NCBI GenBank assembly: GCA_030704615.1
Contig: CM060733.1
Span: 33,542,001-33,606,000 of the forward strand
Direction of reading: 5' to 3'
DNA from: Takakia lepidozioides
Taxonomy: Eukaryota; Plantae; Bryophyta
Length of the DNA stretch: 64,000 nt
Translations under genes and position numbers: made by a program
In this document: positions 1 through 12,099 of the stretch, one piece after another
How positions within the stretch are numbered: the first letter of the stretch is position 1
How the letters are laid out: each line of letters begins with the position of its first letter
The notes under the pieces: model-generated
What the model was told of the DNA's origin: nothing
Databases searched by the model: none
What the model saw: the letters and a program-made list of their open reading frames with translations, nothing else

Positions 1-330
1 GTAGAGAGTGAGGGTCGCCTGTTTCTAGTTGGGGGTCGTGCTAGAGATCGCTTCCTAGTTGCAATATGGGAGTTCAAAGTTTCTATCGAGACCGCAGAGT
101 GGGTGGAAATTGCAACAAGGGAGTTCGCAACAGTGGCCCCCATGTACTACTATCTTCAAGTGGTGAGCCATGACAATCTCATAGTCATTTGGACCGGCAT
201 ACCCTATCCAGAAGTTGTGATGTATGACAGGAAGCAACACAGGTGGACACCTTACTTACAAACTGGGACCAACGAAAGCGAGAGTGTGAAGGGTTTGGTT
301 GGCGGTCTTAGTTTAGGTGCAAAAGTCTAG
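1..330 (+). CDS. 3' end of an F-box/kelch-repeat-like protein gene (runs in from upstream of the window)
   Basis: Frame 1 is open from base 1 to TAG at 328-330: VESEGRLFLVGG...VAIWEF...EWVEIA...VVMYDRKQHRWT...LSLGAKV*. This resembles the C-terminal beta-propeller part of plant F-box/kelch proteins. The F-box itself is not in the window. Confidence 0.55.
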   Translation, partial: VESEGRLFLVGGRARDRFLVAIWEFKVSIETAEWVEIATREFATVAPMYYYLQVVSHDNLIVIWTGIPYPEVVMYDRKQHRWTPYLQTGTNESESVKGLVGGLSLGAKV

Positions 331-625
331 ACAAGCTGCTGCATTGAGGTCAACAGGCAAGTGCATGCGGTCGTTGTAGAAGACAAAGTGCATCCGCGCA
401 TTGAGGAAATCCATGGTGAGGTTAAGAGATTGTCTGGGCAGATGGAGGATGGGTACGTGTCTGACACACGATTTGTATTGCATGATGTGGAGGAGGAGAT
501 GAAGGAATTCTCTCTTTGCCACCACAGTGAGAAGCTGGCCATGCCTTTGGGGCTCATCAGCACCACTGCCGGATCTCTCCGCTCCACGTGATCACCAAGA
601 ATTTTGGGGTTGTTCATCTTAAAGA
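331..625 (+). pseudogene. Fragment of a PPR E+/DYW cytidine-deaminase domain (RNA-editing factor), truncated
   Basis: Translation SCCIEVNRQVHAVVVEDKVHPRIEEIHGEVKRLSGQMEDGYVSDTRFVLHDVEEEMKEFSLCHHSEKLA matches the E+/DYW consensus, with HSEKLA at 523-540. A frameshift near 575 continues as PLHVITKN. No CxxC or terminal DYW follows and no PPR repeats precede it. Confidence 0.88.
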
Positions 626-2010
626 CTGGGTAGCCCAGCAATGTGAATCACAGTTTTGTTCTCGAATATCATTTCGTAAAGGAGATAGAGAATACTGACA
701 CCGACCACAATTCTTCGTGGCGACCATCGACCATCTGATCCAGTGCAAAACTCCTGAATCCAAAACTTAGAATCCGAATCACACCCAAATTATAAACCAG
801 GCAGATTGTTGCTTTTCTAACTTCCTTTCTTATATACGTGTTACATGGGTTTTATATATTGGTTGGATTGTTATGTGTAGTGGTTTACTGTGGCCAAATT
901 AGTGCCGATCATCTTCCCCCTCTGCAAACATGTCAATCGGACCCCATCCGACTATCTCACGAATAAGTCAACTTTTGGATAGTGGAATTTTGAGTACATA
1001 AGGAGTGTTACGGATTTCTCACCTACTCTCCTCTTAGTGTCTAGGGGATCATCTGGTCAGCTGTGGATGACTATTTAGGGTCCTTCAGGATAGCCAAAAT
1101 GACAGGCATGCAAAAACAACTTCCATGTGAACTGTGCAGAGATGAAAAAGATCAATGGTAGTTGAAAGTGATGAAATCGCAAATACAAAGGAGGGGAAGC
1201 AAGCCTGCCATGTGCCAGCCATGGGTTTAGCAGACTTTACCTGTCAATTCACTTCTCTTTTCACTATCTGCTTGAGAAGAACTCCGTTGGGATTGGAGAT
1301 CACAAATACAAGCACACCCTAGAACTTTTTCTCCCATCGGCATCAACTGCATTGGAGTCCCAGGGAATTACAGCACAAGGAGAGCACAACCACACCCGTG
1401 CAGGGTAGTCATGAATATTCTGAGGTGATAATAAGCACCCCTGAGCAGATTCTTCTCATTTGTACAATATTCTCTTCCTTGGGGCTCTTGTGAACTCTGT
1501 ATTGGAGCAATTCAATACGTAAACAACAAGAAGTTTTTCTCTCGATTCTTTATCACCGACTTGTAAGACCTCTGGTGCTGCGAGGTCTTGTCTTCACTTG
1601 CTCACAACCACGAAATCAGCTGGAGACTTCCACTCTCGACTTGGTATTGCAGGACAACTCACAAGATTTGGAGATGATCAAGCTCTCACTAGTGATCTTT
1701 TTCTTTCTGTCTCAGTCGATGAGGGGCCCTCCTGGATCACAATCTGCATGGTTGGATGGGCAAACACAGTCTTTGGATATTCTAGGGCATGAATCTTGGA
1801 TGGAGGAAGAGGAGGAGGAGGGAGAGGAGGAGGCGGCCCAGGTGCCTGAGCACTTTTTTTTTTTTTTAAGCTTTTCAAATTTCAAAATAATAAAAATAGC
1901 GTTATCCAGGAACGAATGTACGATAAAAGGGATGTGGATGAGTTAATTAGGTGATATACTGATCGTGCTGCCCGAGATTGTTTTTACTTGTTTACTTCTA
2001 GTAGTATAAT

Positions 2011-4069
2011 TTTTTTCTTAAACTGTTTTTTTTCCTAATAAAACAGACTTTTTTTTATAAAAAAATTTAGCAAACAGGGGAGGAAGCCCTGTAAATCGTA
2101 TTAAAAAAGGGGGTGGAAAAAATAACCAGGACCAAAGGCCATAAGGCTTAAATCATTGTAGATTGGTAACACCCTACCAGGCCCACAAATGCAAGCTTTT
2201 GAACTAAGAAATCTAGGAGCCCTGAGAAGTCAGGAAGCCATGCTCTAGGATACTGCAGGAGAGAACTAAAAACAGGCCAGAGTCAAAGAGCTGCCAATCT
2301 GCCCAGAGAAGTGCAGCCAAGAACCAAGTGGCAAAGCACTGAAGAGGCCAAAACATAAGATCCAACCACGACCAATAAGACTAACTAAATACCAACCAGA
2401 TTGGGTAACACCCTACCAGGCCCACAAAGGCAAGCTTTTGAACTAAGAAATCTAGGAGCCCTGAGAAGTCAGGAAGCCATGCTCTAGGATACTGCAGGAG
2501 AGAACTAAAAACAGGCCAGAGTCAAAGAGCTGCCAATCTGCCCAGAGAAGTGCAGCCAAGAACCAAGTGGCAAAGCACTGAAGAGGCCAAAACATAAGAT
2601 CCAACCACGACCAATAAGACTAACTAAATATCAACCAGATTGGGTAACACCCTACCAGGCCCACAAAGGCAAGCTTTTGAACTAAGAAATCTAGGAGCCC
2701 TGAGAAGTTAGGAAGCCATGCTCTAGGATACTGCAGGAGAGAACTAAAAACAGGCCAGAGTCAAAGAGCTGCTAATCTGCCCAGAGAAGTGCAGCCAAGA
2801 ACCAAGTGACAAAGCACTGAAGAGGCCAAAACATAAGATCCAACCACGACCAATAAGACTAACTAAATACCAACCAGATTGGGTTACACCCTACCAGGCC
2901 CACAAGGGCAAGCTTTTGGATTTAGAAAATTCAGGAGCCTTGAGAAGTCAGGAAGCCATGCTCTAGGATACTGCAGGAAAGAACAAAAGAGAAGCTAAAA
3001 AAGACCAATTGCAAAGAGTTGCCTGTCTGCCCAGAGTAGTGCAGCCGAGAAGAGAGTGGCAAAACACTTTAAATGAGACATAAACAAAAGATCCAACCAT
3101 ATCCAACAAGGCTAACTAAATACCAACGAGCTGTTGGAGTCCGAAGAACCAGCCCAACTTCCTATGCTGTAGGAACAGATAGGAAGGCCAGGAAACAAAA
3201 CCAGGTCAAACCATGAAACCAGCCCAGTGGCAAGGTAGGAGACCAGGCCTACAAGCAATGAAAGACCAAAGCCAACATTCTAAGGCCGTAAGAAAAAGAG
3301 AAGAGAGCATAATGAAGTCAACGCTTTGCCCTGAGGGGCTCGAAATTCAGATGAGCTCTAACACTAGATTGTCGATTCTTCCTATGACGCCAATTGATGT
3401 CGCGATCCTCCACCTCTGCCGGAGAAGCCCAGTGATTGGGAGACTCACCAGTCGACTGGAGGTCCGGGTGCCCACCGAACTCTTTCTCCCTGTCTTTCAC
3501 ATAAAAGTCCAGAGTGCCCCCATTGGGCATCAAATTCCGAGAGAAGGGTAGCCCCCCGCTCCTCAGAGCATCTGCCAACTGAAACCAGCAACCCCAGAGG
3601 AGGGAAGTCCGCAGCCAGAAGGGGTACCGGGGCCAAAGACCCAGCTGGAATCGGAGGGAACTCCTGAAAGGGTCCCAAATAAGAATCAAAATCCCCTAGG
3701 GAGCTGCCATCAGCAGGGTCCATCTCGATAAGCAATTGTTTGCCTTTAAGCTTGGCTTTTTTTGCAGAGATGGCATTGATGATAAGGCAGCCAGCATCCA
3801 AAGCCCTGTTGGCCAGCGCAAGCTCCGAAGGATCCATCAAAGCCACAAAATCAGACGGGCTGCCATTAGACCAACAGCCCCCAATACAGTGGAAAAAGTG
3901 GAGTGCTTGGAGTTATCCACCAAATAGTAACCAAAGTGCAAAGTAAGCCTAGGATATTCGAGGAGAAAATGGAGTGTACTTTTTTTATGATCAGATCCAC
4001 AGTTTGCTCCGGACCAGGGAATTATCAGGAGGAGGCCGACATTTACATTTCGATTAATATCCACCATCG
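2011..4069 (-). mobile_element. Non-autonomous non-LTR retroposon-like insertion (LINE-mobilised) with a 10-bp target-site duplication
   Basis: GTAGTATAAT occurs at 2001-2010 and 4070-4079. T-runs at the left end read as an A-rich tail on the minus strand. No RT motifs are visible inside. Confidence 0.6.
2161..3127. repeat. Tandem repeat, 4 x ~239 bp
   Basis: Units starting GATTGG(G)T(A/T)ACACCCTACCAGGCCCACAA at 2161, 2399, 2638 and 2877. The first three are nearly identical; the fourth is more diverged. Confidence 0.95.
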
Positions 4070-4124
4070 GTAGTATAATATCATATTATATGCCCCCATG
4101 CGGAGGGTATATAATTTTCTGTAT

Positions 4125-4244
4125 AGGGGGAAGCCCTGAGTGGATGGAGGGCATTACGGATTTAAGGGCCCAAGCCGAGGGCGGCAGCCCGAGGCGCGGG
4201 CCCCCGAAAATCCAGTAATGCCCAACACGAGGGGCTTTTCCCCT
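4125..4244. other. Long imperfect inverted repeat (hairpin)
   Basis: Nested arms: AGGGGGAAGCCC/GGGCTTTTCCCCT, GGGCATTAC-GGATTT/AAATCC-A-GTAATGCCC and GGGCCC/GGGCCC, with apical GCC-GA-GGGC-GGCA-GCCC-GA-GGC. Confidence 0.75.
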
Positions 4245-4634
4245 GCGTAAAGAAATAGGTTGTTTTCTTTTTCTTTTCATCCTTCCTTTATACTTTCTCC
4301 CTGCTGGTACCTTCCTGTGAGAAAAGATGAATATAAAGATAAAGAAATATCGCAGGTGAGCGTGTAATGCACCGTGCATGCACACTTGCGACATATGGCT
4401 GGCTATTACGCTTTATAACGAGCAGATATTTGCAAAGAGAAATCAGCCGCAGTTCTTTAGGAGCTAGTGCCAAGTTTTTGTTTCTCGGCAAGACAGAAGG
4501 CCACGTCGACAAGTTCTAGCTAAACCCTAATATATTTTAGCAAAAAAATCACATTATTTTTAGCCAAATAACTATATTGTTAATATTGAAGGGGAAGAAG
4601 AGTTAAATCTCAAAGGGTGCCATATGGCTTCAGC

Positions 4635-5515
4635 AGTCAACCATGACCAAGAAGAAAAACCCTAATATATTATTTTACATTTATTCTAATGATCCCTTAG
4701 AGCCCTCTTAAATTGGAAAAAAAAAAAACTAAAAAAAACTTTAAAAAAAGAAACTAAATTGCTATTTACGTTCGTTGTAAGGATCCCTTATAGCGTTCTA
4801 AGCCGCTCTAAGGATTTCATAGAGTGGGAAAATAAATCGGTCAACCATGACGAAGAAGATAAACCTTAACATATTTTTTACATTTATTCTAATGATCCCT
4901 TGATATCCTTAGAGCCAATGTAAGGATTTGTTAGATTGGGAAAATAGAACAAGCTAAATTGCTATTTACGTTCATTCTAAGGATCCCTTAGAGCCGCTCT
5001 AAGCCACTCAAAGGATTTCATATAGCGGGAAAACACAAATAGCTAAATTGCTATTTATATTCGCTCTAAGAATCCTTTAGAGCTGCTCTAGGGGTTTTTT
5101 AGAGTGGAAAAACAGAAAAAACTAATTTGCTATTTACATTCGATCTCAGTATTACTTAGAGTAAGAAGATAAATTGCTATTTACGTTCGCTCTAAGGATC
5201 CCGTAGAGCCTCTCTAAGCCGCTCTAGGATTTTCTACAGCGAGGAAACAGTAAAAGCTAAATTGCTATTTGCTCTCAGGATGTCTAAGGATTTATTAGAG
5301 CGGGAAAACAAAAAAAATCTAAATGGCTATTCACATTTGATCCAAGCATTACTTCGAGCAAGAAAACAGAATAAACTATATTGCTATTTGCAATCGCTCT
5401 AAAGGATCCCTTACAGCCGCTCTGAGCCGCTCTAAGGATTTTTTAGAGTGATTAAAAAAACAACACATTCACTTTAAAGTTTAAGAGTTTCTTAGAATCA
5501 CTCTAAGGATTTTTT
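4635..5515. repeat. AT-rich degenerate tandem array (~65-100 bp units) with palindromic core
   Basis: Repeated CTAAATTGCTATTTACGTTCGCTCTAAGGATCCCTTAGAGCCGCTCTAAGCCGCTCTAAGGATTT-like units. The core GCTCTAAGGATCCCTTAGAGC is an inverted repeat. Confidence 0.85.
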
Positions 5516-6654
5516 ATTGCGTCATTGGATTGAATTAGTATATCAGATTACGATCAATAATATACATGTCATATTTGATGTATACATATGGATATATATA
5601 CAATATACGAATATGAACTCCTATATCAGATTGGACTGGTTTCAGCCCTGGTTTTCACAAAAAAAAATAAAAAAATGTATAGGGATTCGAACCCTTATAG
5701 CTATCCATTATAGCATACAAAATTATGGCTCAAAGGCCTTAAAGATTAACCATAAAGGTTAAAAACAATTAGAGATTTTGAAATATAATATGATAAATAA
5801 TTGGATTGAATGGATTTTGAATTTATTGAAATGATGAAGTCTGAGGTTGAAAACATGATATAATATAGTATTATACATTATACATTATATATTGATTTAT
5901 AATTAAAGTATTTAATACATATTATATTATTATATAACTATTTTAAATTATAATTTGTTAAATAAATTCGCTAAATATAGATAGTATGATTGAAGTATTT
6001 GAAGTTTTTGAGATGTAATACGATAGAAAACTTGATTGATTAGATTTAAATTGGAATGATGAATCTGATATTGAAAGCATGATATAAATTGATAATATAG
6101 ACATATTTATATTCAAATAAATAAATATATTATAATTTTTATTTTTAAATAAATATTTTAGTTTGTTCATTTATATAAATAATATAAATATTTAAGATTT
6201 TAAATTTTGAAATATGAAAATATAATGATAAGATATAAAGTGATATGAATAAATAATTATGTAGTAAGTAAAAATAACACATGATTGTAACTCATAATGA
6301 TTGATTTATGATAATGGATGGAATGATAATTGACTAGTTGATGGATAGAATGATAGTTCATTTATGTAGCGACGTCGTTAGATTATAGCTAGATTTTAAA
6401 ATATATTTATTTATTTAATATAATATAATATAATTCTTTTTTATACTTATTTACATTATATATGTAATTCTGATTATAATTAAATATTTATAATCTCTAA
6501 GTTGTATATACTATATTGATATCATGCTTGAATATCATATACACTATAGATTATGATTAACATTCAAGTGGCATAATCACAGTGTCATGAATTTTGATGA
6601 TTTTTTGAAAATATAAGATAGTGTTTGGTAGTTATCTGATAGTGTGTCAAATAT

Positions 6655-7715
6655 GTTAGAAGAAAATAAAATAAAACGAAACGAAACGAAAGAGAAAGAA
6701 CGAAGAGAAAAAATGAAGAGAAAGTTCTATTCCGCTGAGCAACTCACACAGAAATACAAAGAACGGAGATAAAAAAGAAACATAAACAAAGACAGAAAGT
6801 GACAGAAAAAAACAAATGAAGACTACCCAGAAGAACTTGGAGACATTTCTATTTTGCCAGAGAACCGAAAGAACAAAGAAACATAAACAAACAACAGAAG
6901 CAAAGAATGAAGACAAGCGAAGAGGAAAGAAACAAAACGAAAGAGAAAGAAAGAATGGAAAGTTCTATTTTGCTGTACAATTCACACAGAAATACAAAGA
7001 ATAGAGATCGAAAAGAAGCATAAACAAAGAACAAAAAAAGTGAAGAGAAAAAAAAATGAAGGCTATTCAAAACTAGGACTAGGAGACAGTCCATTTTGCC
7101 ACAGAACCGAAAGAACAAAGCAACATAAACAAACCAAAAAAGCAAAGAAGAAACACAAACAAGGAGGAAAGAAAACAAAACGAAATAGAAAGAACGAATA
7201 AAAAGTTCTATTCCGTTGAACAACTCACATAGAAATACAAAAAATAGAGATCAGAAAGAAACATAAACAAAGAACAGAAAGTGAAAGAAAAAACCAAATG
7301 AAGGCTACTGAGAAGAACTAAGAGACACAGAACCGAAAGAACAAAGAAACATAAACAAACAACAGAAGCAAAGAAGAAACACAAACGATGGCAAAGGAGC
7401 AGAATATTCTATCCAAAAAGCTTGCTTGCAAAAGAAAGTGAAGGAAATAATCCTCGTTCTGCATGCTTATAGAGTTTTCAAAGGAAAAAAAAGACAATAG
7501 AATGAAAGAGAAAAAAAAAGAGAAAGTTCTATTCTAACGAAAAGCTCACACAGAAAGACAAAGAATAGAGATTAGAAAGAAACATAAACATAGAACCAAA
7601 AGTGAAGAACAAAGACAAATGAAACTACTGAAAAGAACTAAAAAACATTGCCAAAAAACCGAAAGGACAGAGAAACATAAACAAGCAACAGATTGAAAGA
7701 AAAAACACAGAAACG
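6655..7715. repeat. A/G-rich low-complexity tandem array (~240 bp units)
   Basis: An AAAGTTCTATT..CTCACACAGAAATACAAAGAA..GAGAT-like motif recurs at ~6720, ~6960, ~7200 and ~7522. Confidence 0.8.
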
Positions 7716-8023
7716 CTTTGTGTGGGCGCTTGTTTTCATATGAGGTTGGTCCGGATTTGATCACCGGCCAATCCTAGAGCGTGCTGTCGGTGGTGAGGCT
7801 GGGGTGATGACCAGTCAGACCATCATTGTTTCTCTTATGGTGAGGCTGGGTTGATGACCAGCAAACCATAGGAGTGCTTGCGGTGGATGCAGGTGCAGGT
7901 TTATGTTACGAACCTAGTAGTCTAAGCCATAAGCCGCAACAGGTTCCCTACCCGGTTACCTTGTGGAAAGGGGGATTAAAGACAGGTTTACAACAGGTGT
8001 GGTTGTGAGTTTTCATCACGGAG

Positions 8024-9533
8024 GTGCCACCAGTTGCTGAGGAGAGTGTCGGTACAAGCACCAGCGATACTAGTGGGTATACAAGACGAGGTGTGCGGTT
8101 TAGGCCACCTTTACCTCCAGTGTCTTCTGAGGAAGGTTCAGACTCAGAGTTAGGAGGATTCTCACCGAGGGTGCAAGCCATTTCCGTGCCATTGTTGTGG
8201 GATACGATGGAGGTAATGTATGGAGCTACCAAAGGGCCACGTCGGTACTCTGGAGCTGTGGGCACTATCGAGCTTGATGATTTCATAATTTGATAGTTGG
8301 TGTGATTTGCAGCAGATGCGCAATCCACAACTGTTTACGCCTTTTATGGCGTGGAAGGGGCTGTTTCAGCACCTTGAGGGGCCGCCCATGGATGACTACC
8401 ATGAGTTTAGGCGGGGATATGAGGTGGAGATTGAGGAATGGCGGGTGTATTGGTCACCTGACTATGTCTCTATCACTAGAGACACAAGGGCAGTGGTGAC
8501 ACCGGCAGCTACACCGGCAGCTTCTGCAAGCAGTAATGGAACGTCAAGTGGAACATGAGCTGGGAAGTCCACCCAAGCTCCTACTGCAGCACCAACACGC
8601 GTGCCTGCCTTTAACCCAGTTGTGGAGTTCTTCGAGGAGTTAAGGAGAAACTAACAGGGGATAAGGACGGAGAAATTGCGGAGTTTGCAAGAGTTCCAAC
8701 GAAAGCCTGCCGAAAGTTTAAGGGAGGCTTATACGCGCATGAGGCGATTGATAAATGTAACCCAAGGGGTTACAGAAACTCAAGCAGTCCAATTCTGGTA
8801 TGGGATATTGGATAAGGAGCTGAGGAGAAGGGTGCGGGATACAACTCTCCTACAAGTGACCCAACCCACCTTAGCAAACGTGTTTTTGCTGGTAGAGCGG
8901 ATAGAGCTCAATATGGTGTAGGAGTGAGTGGTCATGGTGGGGTTTGGTAAGGAGACACAATGAAGTGGGGCTTCTAGCCAACAACAACCACTACCCCAAC
9001 GTGATCAAGGCAACAAAGGGGCTCAGACGAAGCCTAGGGAAGGACAGAAAGGATCTCAATTGCAGAGGTCACTTCCTTCATTCTCAGGCCAACAACAGTT
9101 GGGGGTGGCATGTTGGGATTGTGGAGGACCCCATGTTAAGAGAGATTGCCCGGAGAGATGCAAAGGGTCGGCACAGGCACAGCCTACACAACTACAGTGT
9201 GGGCATTGTGACAAATATGGGCATGAAGAGGACCATTGTTATGACTTGCATCCTGAGCTACGGCCAGGCCAGTTCCAAGGGAACAATGGTGGCCGAGGAC
9301 GAGGCAATGTAGTCCAGAGAGGTAGAGGAGGCAGAGGTCGCGGTGGAGGCCGTAACCAAAACCAAGGAGCACAAGGTCAAGGTCAAGGTCAAGGTCATGA
9401 CCAAGGCATGGTGGATAGGCTTGCCCAGCTAGAGCAACGTCTTGCTACCATAGCCACTACGCATGTTGCGCCAGCTCCAAGGTCTGAGGTTCAAGCCCCA
9501 CCTGCACAACCTCATATGCCTAGGGAAGACTAG
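8024..9533 (+). pseudogene. gag: Gypsy gag (capsid, two CCHC-type zinc knuckles, RGG-rich tail), disrupted
   Basis: Retrotransposon gag-like LQEFQRKPAESLREAYTRMRRL...FWYGILDKELRRRV; knuckles CWDCGGPHVKRDC and CGHCDKYGHEEDHC; GRGGRGRGGG tract. Stops at 8652 and 8919. Confidence 0.85.
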
Positions 9534-9949
9534 ATTGGTATGGGCTTCATGTGTGGAGCCCCACTTGCAGGACCATTGCATGTGGACTCTGCAACTGCTG
9601 TCACTCGAGCAGCAACGTGTGCTCCTGAGCCAAGACGATGAGATGTGGATTTTGATCCACAAAGGGGGGAAGCAAGTCGACAGACAAGGCTTCCACAGTC
9701 TTTTACATTGGCTGAGACAGTGCCAACTACGCCATCGATGGTACCCGCTCGCCCAAGTGTGTCAGAAGGAGAGCCACAAGTGCTAGTGGGGAGAATTGGT
9801 GTGGCTCGGGAATTGCCAATGGATGGTACTGCAAAGCAAGGTGTAGCCAGTACATTGTTGGGGGCGGCTACGACAATTTGTCAAACTCCATTGTTTTATG
9901 CCACGACAATTGCAATGCCGAGGATGCGGCCAGCTGCAATGTTTAGATT

Positions 9950-10260
9950 GGCTGCTGCAACACAGCCATTGATGTTGGGGAAAGCAGCAATTACAGGCTT
10001 GGGCCTTACAGAGGCGGATTTGGAGCCTTGCCCTTTCCAAATTCAAACATCTTTGGGCGGTTCAGAGAAGACACGAGGGATTACACGCCATGAGCTCTTC
10101 ATTCGATTGCAGCCAGATCATCCTACAGATGGCTCTGTCATGAAGCTAAAGCCATTGTTACGGACGCGATGTCTTATGATGTGCTTGTTGGTGGGGCTGT
10201 GTTATACCCGATGGGTTTTACTTTGGACTTTTGGGAGGAAACGACATCCTACAGGCCGGA
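9950..10260 (+). pseudogene. Retropepsin-like aspartic protease remnant (catalytic D[ST]G motif not seen)
   Basis: QPLMLGKAAITGLGL...FQIQTSLGGSEKTRG followed, after a frameshift, by the C-terminal YDVLVGG (DxLLG-like) motif. No DSG/DTG precedes QPLMLG, so it was probably deleted. Confidence 0.55.
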
Positions 10261-10659
10261 ATGGCAGTCAGGAGATGGCCGACGTGCACTGCTCCCAGTG
10301 CGGTTTATTGGGAATGTAACGGTGGATCATATGAACATGATGCCCACATTGGCTGCATTCTCAGGGGTGGTGGCTTGGGGTGGTGAGCTCTTGGAGGGAA
10401 ATAGCCATGCAGATGATAGGCCATCACCTGATGAGGACAAACAATTGGCATACAAGGCTGATTTGCTTCCTCATGTGCCTGTTCATATTCCACTGTGGGG
10501 TACAGTTGGGAATTTGCATCGAGTAGCAGGCGAGTGTGTGCACCAAGCATGGCAGGAGGCCTATCCAGTGGTGAGTGAGGGGAGTTCAGTGACATCACCT
10601 AGACCTCCTCAGTTAGCTCCTTTGGACACAGTGCCCATTACCTGGCAACCACCTGACTC

Positions 10660-11610
10660 AGGGATTTGTTTGCTAGACCTATTTGGAGGCATGAGCATTG
10701 GGCTTAAGCTTGCAGGAGTGTTGCAAACTAGGATTAAAGTACAAAAGTACTTGTATGTGGAGAAGGATGAGATACCTCGGCGTATTTCTATGCGTCACGT
10801 TGCCTTGCTCACACACCAGTACCCTGAGTTGCTGCCTCTCTCAGCAATTCAAGGGTACCAAAAGGCCTTGCCAGCAGACATTACCATGCTGGGGGCGGAT
10901 GATTTGGACCGGCATGATGCCATTGACTTGGTGATAGCTGGATGGCCTTGCCAAGGACACTCTCCCGCAGGTCATGGGAATGGCTTGCATGATGCACGAT
11001 CGCATTTGTTTTGGGAGATGTTGAGAGTGTTGTGTGACTTGCAGACGAGGCAAGTGCAACCTCTAGCCTATATCTTGGAGAATGTTCCTCTTACGAGGGA
11101 CTCTCGGGCCAGGGTTATGTCCAGTGTGCATCAGGTACGATCTTGGATTGGATCGGCGGTGCTATTGGATGCAGCAGTGGTGGGCATCGACCTCGATTGT
11201 GGTGGAGCAATCTTGCACCACCAGAGCTGCTCAAGAGAGCATATGATTCCATTCAACGGCCACCCAATCTCATGGTTGAGGGCATTTTGGACCAAAGGAG
11301 GCAACCACAGAGGGTGCGACATGATGACCATCCACCTCTAGCAGTGGTCAATCGAGTGGGGCAGCCACGTATAGCCTTGCCTACGCTCATGAGCTTTCCC
11401 TCGTCTCATGCTTTTCGAGACAATGGTCCTGGGTTGATTTGGGACAGTGTGCTACAGCAATTGGTGGAGCCCAATGCGGATGAGCGCGAGCGGGCAATGG
11501 GGTTTGTCACGGGCACTACAGCTGTGCCAGCTCTGTCAGAGGCATCACGACGCCAGGTGTTGGGTCAGGCAATGGATCTCAATTGCTTGACATGGGTCAT
11601 TGGCTTGTGC
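10660..11610 (+). pseudogene. Retrotransposon-borne C5 cytosine-specific DNA methyltransferase domain (DNMT3/DRM-like motif style), one frameshift
   Basis: Motif I LLDLFGGMS(I)G (~10670-10700); II YLYVE; III ADIT; IV IDLVIAGWPCQGHS (PCQ at 10946-10954); V GLHDARSHLF; VI YILENV (11078-11086). After LLDAAVVG and a frameshift near 11185: VIII HRPRLWWSNL; IX EPNADERERAMGF; X SRRQVLGQAMD (~11550-11580). Confidence 0.93.
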
Positions 11611-12099
11611 ATGGCTGAGCAACGGAGATTGCAAGCATTGGTGGCTACTTCTTCACTTCCATTGGATATTGCACCATCTCTGCCAACTGGGACGGTGGAG
11701 GCAGTGAGTGGGGGCGAGCACAGGATCATGGGGTGCAAACACCCATGGCAGATGTGGGATAAGATGCGGAAAGAGAGAGTCCTTGGATCTCTCAAGTAGC
11801 AATATGAGGAGTAAGGAGAGCCATACACTCAGGATCAGTTAGAGGCCAGGGTGGCCAATGTTTTTGAAGAGGTTGAGAATGTTTTTTGCTCAAAGGATGT
11901 TCTCAAGGTGGCTATGGCAGAGCAAGTGGAGGCTTCGCCACAGTCAGATTGGGTGAACAAGGCCCAAGAAGTTGCTATCTAGCAACCAAAGGATTCGTCT
12001 CCTACCTCCAAGCCTGGTGTACCCAAGGTTGCAGTCACTGAGGACAATTGGGAACCAGATGTTGGACCTACAGTCACCAGAGGAGAGAGACGGAGGATC

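Noticed and set aside
1575-1946. ORFs with poly-Glu / poly-Pro
   Set aside because: They derive from a GAG/CCT microsatellite-like tract; no domain recognised.
5675-5700. GGGTTCGAATCCC (minus strand), a tRNA T-loop/B-box-like motif
   Set aside because: No cloverleaf or A-box can be built around it. A similar weak motif near 59165-59180 was rejected for the same reason.
5517-7764. Hydrophobic Phe/Ile-rich ORFs resembling membrane proteins
   Set aside because: Artefacts of AT-rich and A/G-rich low-complexity repeats.
10660-11610. Host DNMT gene or bacterial restriction-modification contaminant
   Set aside because: It is intronless, embedded colinearly between gag/protease and RT with the same decay pattern, and has no PWWP/ADD/UBA/BAH domains or neighbouring endonuclease.
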